Shown: one piece after another, positions 1 through 10,719 of the stretch | How the letters are laid out: every line of letters starts with the position of its first letter | How positions within the stretch are numbered: position 1 is the stretch's first letter | IMG/VR virus record: IMGVR_UViG_3300034104_004745 | Span: 134,826-198,825 of that record | Length of the DNA: 64,000 nucleotides | Direction: 5' to 3' (one strand) | Source of the DNA: a virus | Taxonomy: Duplodnaviria; Heunggongvirae; Uroviricota; Caudoviricetes | The notes under the pieces: generated by a model | What the model was told of the DNA's origin: nothing | The model's input: only the letters and a program-made list of their open reading frames with translations | Database searches by the model: none | Translations under genes and position numbers: made by a program

Positions 1-772
1 CAATTTCTTTTGCGTTTGCATATAATTTAGAGTAAAGAAATTCACCCATAACTTTACCGAGCATTGCAATTGAGTTGTCAACAAAAATACTATCAAAAGC
101 ACCTTCAACCAAATAAACCGTTTTATTCCAATCTATTAATTGTTCGTTAAAGATAATAGTTTCTTTTTGTACATCTGGGTTTTTGTACTTCATCTTTGTC
201 TTGGTTAAGTAAGATCTAGCAATGAAGTAATTTAATTTACCATTTATGTCATAAGATGGTATAATAATTCTATTAGCAAACAATCCATCGAATGCAAAAC
301 CAATATTATATTTTTTCAACATATCATCAGTTATGTTTCGACTTTTTACATATGAATATGCCTGTCTGTAGTGATGTGTTAGTTTCAAACCCATACTAGC
401 GTTTGTAAATGGGATGAATTCTTTAGGAAGTTGAGCAATTTTTGTCACTTTTTGTGTTTGCTCAACATCTTCTGGGCGCATCAGTTCGTAAAATTGTAAC
501 TGTTTTTTTGTCCCATATCTTTTTACAAGTCTGTGTAAATTGCCGTGAGTATCGTGCGTTTCACCACAAGACCAGCATTTATAAACACCTATTCTGTAAT
601 TGATTTCAAGGTTTCCTTTACCGTCTCCTTCATCTAAACCCTTGATTTCGTGGGAACAAACGGGACAATCAAAGGATATTTGACCCTTATAGTCGTTGTG
701 CATCTTGTAATTACCTAGAATGTCCTCTAGTAATTCAACAATTTGTTCGAAATCGGTGTTTATTGTAGTCAT
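1..772 (-). CDS. dnaG: DNA primase (DnaG/T4 gp61-like), truncated at window edge; absent from ORF track
   Basis: Manual translation from ATG at 772: MTTINTDFEQIVELLEDILG..., Zn-binding CPVC...KCWSC, RIIIPSY, and TOPRIM motif LVEGAFD. Confidence 0.85.
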   Translation of the reverse strand, partial: MTTINTDFEQIVELLEDILGNYKMHNDYKGQISFDCPVCSHEIKGLDEGDGKGNLEINYRIGVYKCWSCGETHDTHGNLHRLVKRYGTKKQLQFYELMRPEDVEQTQKVTKIAQLPKEFIPFTNASMGLKLTHHYRQAYSYVKSRNITDDMLKKYNIGFAFDGLFANRIIIPSYDINGKLNYFIARSYLTKTKMKYKNPDVQKETIIFNEQLIDWNKTVYLVEGAFDSIFVDNSIAMLGKVMGEFLYSKLYANAKEI

Positions 773-799
773 ATGGTAAATATAGATAAAAAAAACCAT

Positions 800-835
800 A
801 AAAAAAAATCCCCAGAGACACCACTCTCCGGGGAA
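800..835 (-). terminator. Intrinsic terminator
   Basis: Minus strand TCCCCGGAGA-gtggtg-TCTCTGGGGA followed by a long T run. Confidence 0.75.
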
Positions 836-901
836 CCAACCAAAATGCAAATAAATTTACATTCCCGCCTACAATATTAAATATAACACAAAAAAAGTTC
901 T

Positions 902-1108
902 TTATGAAATATTAGTTGCCATTTTTTCTTTAGTCTTCTTTTCTTTTACAATACCAATTGGATAATAAGCAACATTATCAATTGAAATTGAGCTTATTTT
1001 GTTACCTGTATTTTGATTTGTAACATTAATTCTTTTAGTAATACTTGTATCATAGATTACACCTTCTAATACAACTTTTCCGTCAGCCATTCTTTTAACT
1101 TTTTCCAT
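902..1108 (-). CDS. Hypothetical protein (68 aa)
   Basis: ORF starts 4 nt after the resolvase gene on the same strand. Confidence 0.6.
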   Translation of the reverse strand: MEKVKRMADGKVVLEGVIYDTSITKRINVTNQNTGNKISSISIDNVAYYPIGIVKEKKTKEKMATNIS

Positions 1109-1112
1109 TTTT

Positions 1113-1715
1113 TTAATCGTTTTCTTTTAACATGTTTATATAACCAATAACAGCTGTCGCAGCATCTGCCATATCATAGTTCTCTTTTCTTAAATTTCCT
1201 GTTTTACCATATAACCAAGTGACTTCAGTACAAACCGCATTAACATGTTCCCATATAACATGTTTCTTATCAATGTCTTTTGGATAACCACCAAATAAAA
1301 CATTTTTACCCTTACCATTATCACCAACTAAATCTGGAAATGCGAATTTTCTTGCATTGTATGTTGAAATAAAAGTAGGTACAATACCTAACACATCATA
1401 AACAGCCTTACAAATCATTGTATTATAACGAAGTAGGGTGCCAACAGTGTAAACATTATTAGAGTTTAATAAAGGCTCTTCAATAATGACTTTAACAATA
1501 CCAAGATTTTTGTATTCTTCTAATTGTTTTTTGAAGGCATCGGCCTTTTTCATCAATTCCTCTAATTTATCTTCTGGTTGAGGTTTTACCTTTGGTGAAA
1601 AATGAGTTAATTCCAATAATTTTTTACCAGTTAGGTCAAATATAGCCCAACCAATTGTCTTGGTTGAAATATCTAAACCAAGAATTTTCGATTTGTTTTT
1701 GAATTTAAGATCCAT
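1113..1715 (-). CDS. RuvC-like Holliday junction resolvase
   Basis: RNase H-fold acidic motifs ILGLDISTKTIG, IIEE, DMADA. Confidence 0.8.
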   Translation of the reverse strand: MDLKFKNKSKILGLDISTKTIGWAIFDLTGKKLLELTHFSPKVKPQPEDKLEELMKKADAFKKQLEEYKNLGIVKVIIEEPLLNSNNVYTVGTLLRYNTMICKAVYDVLGIVPTFISTYNARKFAFPDLVGDNGKGKNVLFGGYPKDIDKKHVIWEHVNAVCTEVTWLYGKTGNLRKENYDMADAATAVIGYINMLKEND

Positions 1716-1755
1716 AAAACAAATTATAAGGAAAAATAAAATTATTGTAAACCCT

Positions 1756-3870
1756 TTAGAAGTCTATTCTAACAGAAAACACCTGATTACCTGTTCTTTC
1801 TAGTGGTTTTGCCAATTTAGCGCTAACTAGAGGTTCTTTATTTTCATTTAATAAAGCAATCTCTGTTATTCTTTTTGGTAAACCAGTAACGTAAGTTGGG
1901 TTTTGTGTTGTTAAAAACTGAGTCCCTGGTAAATTTACCATGAAGTTCATAACCTCCACATCAGTAGCTCTTGTTAATTGAACCGCACCAGGAAATGGTT
2001 GTGAATCACCAAACTGAGGTAATGTTGGTTGATCTACATTAGGTAATACCCCAAGATATGTTTCAATATCATATGGTAAAGCTGAATTATACATATCACC
2101 AGTTATAACAAATTGATAACCACACATATTTGTTTTAGATATTAAATTACCTACCGTATGTCCGGATATTTGAGATGTTAAATCTATTATCTTCCATCCA
2201 TCAGAAGATGGTTGATTTCCTGTTTGTACAACTTGTACTAATGCGTAGAATTTATTTGCAGTAAATCCTGTGAAATATGATGAGTTACTTAAAAATCTGA
2301 AATCACCCGTTTCAAATCTAAAACCAATATTTGAATTTGTTGTTCCGGTAATTTCACCATAGTAATTGCAATGCATGCCATTTCTATATGTGTCCCCAGT
2401 AAATTGGAACATATATGTAACCCAAGCTGTTTGACCTGTTAATACAACCGGATCTAAATCGTAAAACGTTGGTAGATCAACAGGTACTGTATTGAATCTT
2501 GGTGCTGGTAATGTATATTTTCTATTGCTTTTATATTCTAATACCGCAACTAATTCTTGATCATCAAACACAACAATTTTTTTATCAACAAAAACTTTAC
2601 CTACACGAATACCTTGCTCATCTAATAAGAATCTAAATTTAAGATTGTTTGTGCTTGGCTTAGTGTTCTTTGAAGATGATACGTAATAGTCTGTTGTATC
2701 CATTACGAACTTTGCACCGATTGTTGTGCCAGTATTTCTATGATAGAAAATAAATGGAATATAAATTTCAAAATGATTTACATCTGAAACTAATTCATCT
2801 GGATCATATGTGTAATATTCATCAGTTGTACTGCTTCCAATATAATCATCATATTTAAAAAATCTTTCAGGGTCGTTAACTATATCTCCCAATTCTGAAT
2901 AATGAATTACAGCAATACATCTTTGGTTTTGAGGTTTTACATCAACTCTTTCACCAAACGAATTTGTATATGATGTTGGATTAGTAATAGTACCACCTGT
3001 TAAATTGGTAAATGTTTGACCTGAATTAGATGTATATCCTAGATATTCTTTTAATGATGCAAATTGAGTACCAGTATAACCACTAAGTGTTTCATCTAAT
3101 GTACCACCACCCACATCCATACCTGCCGGTCTTTGTGTCCATATTGTTTCTAATGTCCATGGATCATGTTGATCTAAATTATCAACTTGAATAGGTGAAC
3201 AAACTGGAGAACCTGTTGGTGCATTTGGATATTCTAAACTACATTTATTACAAACAACTTGTGCATACCCAGATTGTGTAGATAAATTTGGCATTGGTCT
3301 ATCGAAAGTTAATTCTGTTGCACCAACGTTTGTTATTTTGTATACTAAACTTTGTGAGCCACCGCTAATTACGTAATTCTCACTTAAAAATTGATTTTTA
3401 AAAACAATAGTTACAAATTCACATTGTGAAAAACCTGTCGCGTTAGGTACTGATAAAATATTAGTACCATCAACCTCAGATAAAGCTATTTCTTTAACTA
3501 AACATTCAACTGTTGTTCCTGTACAAACACTATCATCATATTCTTTATAATTTGTAACAAATCCAGCTGGACCCATTGCATTTTTTAAAGTTGTTGTGAT
3601 AGATTGTTCTATTGCGTTTCCATAATTAATAGTATCATTTGACGCTAAAAGATATGGATACTTAATATGTTGATCACCATCCATTGGTGATAGTATTCTT
3701 TGTCTAGGTGCTGAGCCTGCCCCAGTAAATCCACTGAAATTATAATCAAATTCAGAATCACCTACCTGAAAATATTTTATAACAAAATCACCTTCAGCGA
3801 TAGATTTTCTACCTTTTCTGGTGATCCTTGCGGATAAAAATTCTGAATTACTACTATCTAAAAAGCTCAT
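1756..3870 (-). CDS. Virion structural protein (baseplate/fibre-attachment type)
   Basis: N-terminal ARITRKGRKSIA...YFQVGDSE and C-terminal ITEIALLNENKEPLVSAKLAKPL resemble phage tail-collar/fibre-attachment domains; structural gene context. Confidence 0.6.
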   Translation of the reverse strand: MSFLDSSNSEFLSARITRKGRKSIAEGDFVIKYFQVGDSEFDYNFSGFTGAGSAPRQRILSPMDGDQHIKYPYLLASNDTINYGNAIEQSITTTLKNAMGPAGFVTNYKEYDDSVCTGTTVECLVKEIALSEVDGTNILSVPNATGFSQCEFVTIVFKNQFLSENYVISGGSQSLVYKITNVGATELTFDRPMPNLSTQSGYAQVVCNKCSLEYPNAPTGSPVCSPIQVDNLDQHDPWTLETIWTQRPAGMDVGGGTLDETLSGYTGTQFASLKEYLGYTSNSGQTFTNLTGGTITNPTSYTNSFGERVDVKPQNQRCIAVIHYSELGDIVNDPERFFKYDDYIGSSTTDEYYTYDPDELVSDVNHFEIYIPFIFYHRNTGTTIGAKFVMDTTDYYVSSSKNTKPSTNNLKFRFLLDEQGIRVGKVFVDKKIVVFDDQELVAVLEYKSNRKYTLPAPRFNTVPVDLPTFYDLDPVVLTGQTAWVTYMFQFTGDTYRNGMHCNYYGEITGTTNSNIGFRFETGDFRFLSNSSYFTGFTANKFYALVQVVQTGNQPSSDGWKIIDLTSQISGHTVGNLISKTNMCGYQFVITGDMYNSALPYDIETYLGVLPNVDQPTLPQFGDSQPFPGAVQLTRATDVEVMNFMVNLPGTQFLTTQNPTYVTGLPKRITEIALLNENKEPLVSAKLAKPLERTGNQVFSVRIDF

Positions 3871-3893
3871 TTATATTTATTTATTTTAATTTT

Positions 3894-5111
3894 TTATGCT
3901 TCAGCCGGCCCACCTGGTCCACCTGTGCAACTATCTGTACCTATGGATATTATAAGACCATTTGAATCTACTCTCATGAATTTATATGTTCCACCATCAT
4001 ATAATAAATCCCCATTAGGGTTAGTTGTAGTTGGGGTATTTTGAGCTTGTTGATTTTCAAATTCTGTTATATATGCCATTCTTGTTACATTACCTAATGA
4101 CCAAGAACCCTGAACTGTATTTTGTAAATTAGAATCACTGTAAATTGTGGTTACACCAGCCGTTAACATTGTGTCAGTCGTGTAAAATGGTGAATTAATA
4201 AGATAACCTTGTCCACCCGATCCGATACCGTTACAATATGTTGTTGATAAACTACTATCCATCACTTCACCCGCTCTGTAGTATACGTAAACTGTTGTTG
4301 GTGTTACTGTTGGTGTTAACGTCGGTACACCAAGACACTGTATACTTACCTCCCAATAATCGTTCACTTCGTTAGGTGCTGCTAAAGCCGGCGCTGTTAA
4401 TGCGTCTATATAATATGTTTTAGTATTATCATACGTGATTGATAATGTTATAGGACCAGTTCCTTCGGTTGGGTACCAATAGTCTTGTGAATCATATCCT
4501 GAAGAATTACCAAACCATCCTGTACTTTCAAGTACAGTTAACGCTGTTCTAATTGAAATATTATTTGGTCTATCATTTGCTGTACAAGTAAAGTTAATTG
4601 TTGAGCCATTAGGGACTCCCGTAAAATCTAATTGATTATCAGGGTAGTTATATAAACCTGAACCACTATACTCACCCGTTACAGTAGAACTACATCCAGG
4701 TAATTGAACTGTTGATGTTGGTGTTGCGGTTAACGTCGGTGTAATGGTTGGTGTTGATGTACCTGTTGGCGTGCTTGTTGATGTACCTGTTGGTGTTGGT
4801 GTTGCACCAATAGTAGACGTTGGTGTTGCTGTACCTGTTGAGGTCGGTGTCGGCGTTGCTCCTGGTAATCCGGTTACTGATATACATTGATTGGTACCAG
4901 AACAATCACCTCCATCAACTTTAACAAATAAACTAACAGTTCCATCTGGAATCCCAGATAATGTTTTTGGGAAACTAGATACTGCTTGTGATGTAGCTAA
5001 GCTGGTACAACCACTTCCACAAGAAGATCCTGTACATCCTGATATTGAAACGGTTTGTCCTGTTATCCCATTTCCTACTGTTCCTAAATTTACTGAAGCG
5101 TTAAATGCCAT
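3894..5111 (-). CDS. Thr/Pro-linker fibre or decoration protein
   Basis: Small Cys-containing N-domain, TPT linker, two further domains; C-domain resembles that of 6473..7048. Confidence 0.6.
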   Translation of the reverse strand: MAFNASVNLGTVGNGITGQTVSISGCTGSSCGSGCTSLATSQAVSSFPKTLSGIPDGTVSLFVKVDGGDCSGTNQCISVTGLPGATPTPTSTGTATPTSTIGATPTPTGTSTSTPTGTSTPTITPTLTATPTSTVQLPGCSSTVTGEYSGSGLYNYPDNQLDFTGVPNGSTINFTCTANDRPNNISIRTALTVLESTGWFGNSSGYDSQDYWYPTEGTGPITLSITYDNTKTYYIDALTAPALAAPNEVNDYWEVSIQCLGVPTLTPTVTPTTVYVYYRAGEVMDSSLSTTYCNGIGSGGQGYLINSPFYTTDTMLTAGVTTIYSDSNLQNTVQGSWSLGNVTRMAYITEFENQQAQNTPTTTNPNGDLLYDGGTYKFMRVDSNGLIISIGTDSCTGGPGGPAEA

Positions 5112-5142
5112 ATGTTATAAATACTTATTTTATTCTTTTTAA

Positions 5143-6372
5143 TTAATTTGGTTGTTCAAATTCAGTACATACAATTTGGTTACCTGTACAAGGTCCTACT
5201 TGCGCAGTACATGGTGAAAATTCATTTTCTCTACAATAATATGTAACTGATTGGCAATTTGCTTGACAAGCTAGCAACGTTGTGTATAAACCACCTTCGC
5301 CCTCAACTATTTCACACGAACCATTATTACAGTTATATGTGTATATAACTTCCGATGTTGATGTTGATGTTGGTGTTATTGTTGGTGTTGCTGCCCCACA
5401 TATACCATAATTTGGTGTTTGTGATGTATAACTATCAATTGATACTGTTTCAGCTACACAACTACCTTGACCACAATCGACGACTGAATATGTTGTTATA
5501 TCAACATAATTTGATAAGCTACCTGCTGTTATCGTTATATCATACGTTTGACCGCCACTTGTACCATAACAATAATTAATTGTTCCATTTACTCTAACTG
5601 TAACATTAACGGATGAAATCGTAGCTAATGTTGCGGTAACTCTTGTTGTGGTAACATTATATGGGCCTTGACCTAAACAATTTATTTGTGTATAACTTTC
5701 AGATTCGGTCATTGTCACACAACCACTAGTTCCACCTTCTGTTGTGGTTGGTGTTGCCGTTACCGTAGGTGTAATTGTCGGTGTCGATGTACCAGTTGGT
5801 GTTGAAGTTGTTGTTGGGGTACCAGTACTAGTTGGTGTTACCTCGTCAGTACTTGTTGGCGTCGCAGTACTTGTTGGTGTTGGTGTTACCCCATCAGTAC
5901 TTGTTGGCGTCGCTGTACTAGTTGGTGTCGCTGTACTAGTTGATGTACCTGTTGGTGTAGGTGTTGGTGTAGATGTTATAACTTGATCACTAACAGCCGA
6001 TCCACCACTAAATCTACAATCAACATAACTAGACGTACCACCAGTAAATAAGCAACAGTTTATGCAATTATCATAAATTTCTTCATGATTTGTGAAGATA
6101 TTTTCTATCACATAACCTCCAGTAACTGTATCTAAAATTTTAAACCAATATTGTGTGCTATATTGTGCATTAGTAAAAACAATTGGTGTTGTATTGTAAT
6201 ATGAACCATCAGAACTTGCTTGATATGTCCCATTTGGTAATGTAGATCCCACAGAATATTGCGTATAACCTGTTGTAACAAAAGGTTCATTACCTGCTGT
6301 GGCCCCAATTTTAAAATACAATTTAAATGGGTTTGTAGAAACAATACCTTTTAATTTTAGATTTAATCCCAT
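5143..6372 (-). CDS. Thr/Pro-linker, Cys-rich fibre or decoration protein
   Basis: N-domain, about 80-aa TPT tract, Cys-rich C-terminal modules. Confidence 0.6.
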   Translation of the reverse strand: MGLNLKLKGIVSTNPFKLYFKIGATAGNEPFVTTGYTQYSVGSTLPNGTYQASSDGSYYNTTPIVFTNAQYSTQYWFKILDTVTGGYVIENIFTNHEEIYDNCINCCLFTGGTSSYVDCRFSGGSAVSDQVITSTPTPTPTGTSTSTATPTSTATPTSTDGVTPTPTSTATPTSTDEVTPTSTGTPTTTSTPTGTSTPTITPTVTATPTTTEGGTSGCVTMTESESYTQINCLGQGPYNVTTTRVTATLATISSVNVTVRVNGTINYCYGTSGGQTYDITITAGSLSNYVDITTYSVVDCGQGSCVAETVSIDSYTSQTPNYGICGAATPTITPTSTSTSEVIYTYNCNNGSCEIVEGEGGLYTTLLACQANCQSVTYYCRENEFSPCTAQVGPCTGNQIVCTEFEQPN

Positions 6373-6417
6373 ACTACATAAATATAATATCCTTTTTTTT
6401 ATTAAAAATAAACCATT

Positions 6418-6444
6418 AAAAAACCCCTTTCTATGAAGGGGTTT
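6418..6444 (-). terminator. Intrinsic terminator downstream of 6473..7048
   Basis: AAACCCCTT-6 nt loop-AAGGGGTTT continuing into a T run on the minus strand. Confidence 0.75.
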
Positions 6445-6472
6445 AATTTAATTTATTTTAAAATGTTTTATT

Positions 6473-7048
6473 TTATGCTATTGCTCCACCTCCACTACAA
6501 TTTGAGATATATTGGACATCAGTTACTTCTCCGAAATTGTTAACTTTGATAACTTGATATGGTGGATTATTGGTATTATATGTGTCGTCAGAAGAAACAG
6601 CATAATATCCATCACCCCCTACCCAAGGGTCTTGGTTACCATCATATACTGTAGTGCCTAACATACCTGAAATTGTCGTTGAGGTACTATAGAATAATGC
6701 GCTCGTTATTTGGTTTTGACCACAATGACCGTCAGCTGTTATTGAGCCGTTACTACGGAAAAATCCATATAATGGTGGTGTTGTTGTACTGGAAGTAGGT
6801 GTTGGTGTCGGAGATGGGTATGCTTGCCATTGTTGTGTTGTTGTACAAACACCAGTACTAGCAATTGTACCACCTGTTGTCATATCGCTTACACCAGTTA
6901 TTGTATGCCCAGTTAATAATTGGGTTTTTGTCACACCTGTTGCTAATTGTGTGGTAACATTACCACTAGTGGTTCCTGATATGTTAAAGGGACCCGCCAC
7001 ATATGTTGCGCCTGAGTATTGATTTTGTAATGTGAAAGTAACTACCAT
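6473..7048 (-). CDS. Small two-domain Thr/Pro-linker virion protein
   Basis: N-domain (AGPFNISG...LATGVTKTQL), short PT linker, C-domain similar to 3894..5111. Confidence 0.6.
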   Translation of the reverse strand: MVVTFTLQNQYSGATYVAGPFNISGTTSGNVTTQLATGVTKTQLLTGHTITGVSDMTTGGTIASTGVCTTTQQWQAYPSPTPTPTSSTTTPPLYGFFRSNGSITADGHCGQNQITSALFYSTSTTISGMLGTTVYDGNQDPWVGGDGYYAVSSDDTYNTNNPPYQVIKVNNFGEVTDVQYISNCSGGGAIA

Positions 7049-7094
7049 TGTTTTTTCTTTTTAATATAAATATCTGTTTATTTTAATTTATTTT

Positions 7095-10000
7095 TTAAAT
7101 TTGATTACCTGGACCACCACCGGTACAATTTGCACAATTAGAATAGATTGACGCATATTGTCCATCTGTTAAATGAAGAGGATATTGCTCACATGTCGTG
7201 CCAACAAAATAATCTATTTGATAACAAACGTTGTTAATCTTAACAGCGTTAAGTCCTGAAGTAAATTGTGACGGTAATAGATCAGGTGAACTCATTAAAA
7301 CAGGCGTACCATTATCACATACCAACCCTTGATATGTGTAATAGACTGGCGCATCTGCTAACACTACAATTCCGCTATTAGTTACACAACCATTAGCATC
7401 TGTAACTTCAAGACAATAACCACCAGATGATAATCCCGTAACATCTCTACTAACATTACCAGATACAACATTTGTATATGTGGCTATTAATGTACCACCA
7501 CATGTAGTATATGGCGCTGATTCATCTTCATATAAACGATATGTTTTAGGCCATACCCCACCTGTTGATGAAATGGTTAAGCTACCACCAGTTGGGTTAG
7601 AACATGTTGGTCCTACTTCATTAGTAATTGACGCTGTTTGTGCTGTTGGTTCACTTACATATTCAGCATAAGTTTGAACACAACCAGCACTATCTTTAAC
7701 ATATATTGTATATGTTCCAGTTGTTAAACTACTAAATGTTTTAGGGAATGCATGATAATTTATACCATCTATTGAAACTGTATACACACCACTATTACCA
7801 CCTAATGGTGAAGATGTTGCAATAGAACCATTTGACCCACCATTACATGAAACATTAGAAACGCTTCTTGTACAGTTTGGTGCTGTTTTACTCATATCAA
7901 CAGTTATAATACTTGATTCACAACCCGCAGTATCTCTTGATTGGAAAGTATACGATGTAGCCCCTAAGCTGCTGAATGTTGCGCTGTTAACCCAAGTACC
8001 AGAGTTAATTCTATATTGATACGAACCGTTACCGCCACCAGCAGTTAATGTAACTGAACCATTACTTCCATTATAACATGTGGTATATGCTATAGATGTT
8101 GTACCTACCGTTACCGCAGATGGTTGTGTCACACTTACTGAATATGTGTTTTCACAACCCGCAGTATCTTTAACATAAATTGTATATGCTCCTGCAGATA
8201 ATGAAGAATATGTTCTAGATGTTGATAATACTTGATATGTACCACCAGCATTTAATTTAGTTGAATATGGTCCACCTTGACCACCAGATAAACTAGACAC
8301 TACGATTGAACCATCACTACCACCATTACATGTTACACTATTTTGTGATACTGTTGCTGTTACTTGTGTTCTGTCTAAACCAGTTGTACTTGTTATAATA
8401 CAACCAGCACTATCTTTAATGTAAATTGTATAAACACCATTACTTAAATTACTAAATGTTGTTCCAGCTTGATAGTTTGTTCCATCTTTTGAATATGTAT
8501 AAGATCCACTACCACCAGTAGCATTTGATACCGTTATTGAACCATCTGTGCTAGCAACGCAAGTTGGATTAGTTCTTAATAATGAAGCACCAATATTCGC
8601 TGGTTGAGTTACGGTTACAGATGCGCTACCTACTTCATTGTATGAATCTTTAGCATAAATTGTATATGTTCCGGCTGTTAAACTACCAAATACATTGCTT
8701 GCTTGGTAATTTGTGCCATCTTTTGAATATGTGTAATTTGCTGTACCGCCACTAGCATCTGATACTGTAATCGCACCATTTGTTCCACCATTACATGTAA
8801 CGTTAGTTGTTGCGGATGCTGTTACCGAAATTGTTACGTTTGTAATTGTTATTGTTAATGTTTTGTCATATGTTAATCCACCAGCATCTGTTGTTCTTAC
8901 TCTAATTGAGTATGACGATTTGCTTTCGAAATTGAAAACAACAGCAGATCTTAATGATGAACCAGATATACTAAAGCTAGCATTATCTGGATATGATCCA
9001 CCATCAACTAATGAATATGTGAATGTGTCACCAGAATCAGGATCAGTACTAGATAATGTACCAATTGTTGTTCCTGTTGGAACGTTTTCAGATATTGATG
9101 ATGAGCTTAATGCTAGATTTGTTGGTGCTTCATTAACATTTGTTACAGATACAGTTAATACCCCATCAAATGTTAATCCACCAGCATCTGTTGTTCTTAC
9201 TTTTATTGAGTAAGAAGATTTTGATTCAAAATTAAATACTGCTGCAGATTTTAATACACCACCACTTGTTATTGTGAAGCTATTATTATCTGGATAATTT
9301 GCGGTATCTACTAATGAATATGTGAATGTATCACCAGAATCAACATCTAATGTTGTTACAGTTCCAACAGTTGTTCCTGTTGCTGAATTTTCTGGTATTG
9401 AACCACTAAAGTTTAATCCATAAGGTGTTTCATTAACGTTATTTACATTAATTGTAAATGTTTTGTCATAGAATAAACCACCATTGTCAGTTGATCTAAT
9501 TGTAACAGTATAAGAAGTTGCAGATTCATAATTGAATGATTGTGACGTTCTTAAGTTAGCCCCAGAAATATTAAATAAGTTACCATTACCTCCAGCTTGA
9601 ATTGTATATGTGTGTGTGTTTCCTGCATCAGGATCAACACTACTTAATGTACCCACAATTGTATTAATTGCGCTATTTTCATTTACGCTATTATTACTTA
9701 GTGTAATGTCAGTTGGCGCCGAATTTGTTGGTGTGCTTGTTGATGTCGATGTTGGTGTAAAAGTAGGTGTCGCTGTAGACGTACTTGTTGGTGTCGTTGT
9801 TGGTGTTGGTGTAGCAATTACCGCCACAGTATTAATTACAAATTCACAATTAGGTGTGTAAGTTGAAGTAGGTGTCGACGTTGTTGTTGGCGTCGCAGTA
9901 GGAGTGCCAGTCGATGTTGGTGTACTAGTTGGTGTTTCTGTATTAGTTGGTGTATTGGTTGGTGTTTCTGTTGGTGTATTAGTCGGCGTATTGGTAGGTG

Positions 10001-10706
10001 TACCAGTCGGTGTTTCTGTACTAGTTGGTGTTTCTGTTGATGTATTTGTACTTGTAGGTGTACCAGTCGATGTTGGTGTCGGTGTTGCAATTATAGCCAC
10101 AGCAGTGATCACAAATTCACAATTTGGTGTATAAGTTGAAGTCGGTGTTTCTGTGCTAGTTGGTGTTGACGTAGGGGTATTAGTAGGTGTACCAGTACTA
10201 GTCGGTGTTGTAGTTGGTGTTTCTGTTGGTGTATTGGTTGGCGTTTCTGTTGATGTACTAGTTGGTGTTTCTGTTGGTGTACTAGTTATTGTACTTGTAG
10301 GGGTTGGTGTTGCAATTACAGCAATTGTTTCAATTACAAATTCGCAATTTGGTGTATATGTCGATGTTGGCGTTTCTGTACTAGTTGGTGTATCAGTAGA
10401 TGTACTAGTAGGTGTCCCAGTCGATGTTGGTGTACTAGTAGGTGTTGTGGTTGGTGTTATAATAGGTATTGAGTAATTTATGTCAATAGCACATAAATCA
10501 TTTCTTAAAATTAATAGATTGGCTAAATCTGGTGTGGATACTAAAACTCCCGGCGCTACACTTAATTCACTAAAAGTTAAATTTGTTGCTGGATTTCCAT
10601 TATTAATATTTGTTGCGATTTTTAAAGGATCAACACTGTCATAATAAACTGTATACGGTCCTGGTGATGTACCTCCTGTAATCTCTATGTAAAAATATCT
10701 AGCCAT
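7095..10706 (-). CDS. Adhesin-like fibre protein with PT repeats, 3 cadherin-like domains and multiple SprB-like repeats
   Basis: Cadherin-like units ([18 protein letters not shown]...FNYE...TIRSTDNGG...NVNE) x3; SprB-like units (VTCNGG.NG.I.V...GG...Y.YS.DG...F..L.AG.YTIY.KD..GC) about x6. Confidence 0.8.
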   Translation of the reverse strand: MARYFYIEITGGTSPGPYTVYYDSVDPLKIATNINNGNPATNLTFSELSVAPGVLVSTPDLANLLILRNDLCAIDINYSIPIITPTTTPTSTPTSTGTPTSTSTDTPTSTETPTSTYTPNCEFVIETIAVIATPTPTSTITSTPTETPTSTSTETPTNTPTETPTTTPTSTGTPTNTPTSTPTSTETPTSTYTPNCEFVITAVAIIATPTPTSTGTPTSTNTSTETPTSTETPTGTPTNTPTNTPTETPTNTPTNTETPTSTPTSTGTPTATPTTTSTPTSTYTPNCEFVINTVAVIATPTPTTTPTSTSTATPTFTPTSTSTSTPTNSAPTDITLSNNSVNENSAINTIVGTLSSVDPDAGNTHTYTIQAGGNGNLFNISGANLRTSQSFNYESATSYTVTIRSTDNGGLFYDKTFTINVNNVNETPYGLNFSGSIPENSATGTTVGTVTTLDVDSGDTFTYSLVDTANYPDNNSFTITSGGVLKSAAVFNFESKSSYSIKVRTTDAGGLTFDGVLTVSVTNVNEAPTNLALSSSSISENVPTGTTIGTLSSTDPDSGDTFTYSLVDGGSYPDNASFSISGSSLRSAVVFNFESKSSYSIRVRTTDAGGLTYDKTLTITITNVTISVTASATTNVTCNGGTNGAITVSDASGGTANYTYSKDGTNYQASNVFGSLTAGTYTIYAKDSYNEVGSASVTVTQPANIGASLLRTNPTCVASTDGSITVSNATGGSGSYTYSKDGTNYQAGTTFSNLSNGVYTIYIKDSAGCIITSTTGLDRTQVTATVSQNSVTCNGGSDGSIVVSSLSGGQGGPYSTKLNAGGTYQVLSTSRTYSSLSAGAYTIYVKDTAGCENTYSVSVTQPSAVTVGTTSIAYTTCYNGSNGSVTLTAGGGNGSYQYRINSGTWVNSATFSSLGATSYTFQSRDTAGCESSIITVDMSKTAPNCTRSVSNVSCNGGSNGSIATSSPLGGNSGVYTVSIDGINYHAFPKTFSSLTTGTYTIYVKDSAGCVQTYAEYVSEPTAQTASITNEVGPTCSNPTGGSLTISSTGGVWPKTYRLYEDESAPYTTCGGTLIATYTNVVSGNVSRDVTGLSSGGYCLEVTDANGCVTNSGIVVLADAPVYYTYQGLVCDNGTPVLMSSPDLLPSQFTSGLNAVKINNVCYQIDYFVGTTCEQYPLHLTDGQYASIYSNCANCTGGGPGNQI
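9725..10460 (-). repeat. Thr/Pro coding repeat tract with 3 CEFVI..AVIA units
   Basis: Repeats visible in protein and DNA (e.g. ctagttggtgtttctgt). Confidence 0.9.
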
Positions 10707-10719
10707 ATACTATTATATA

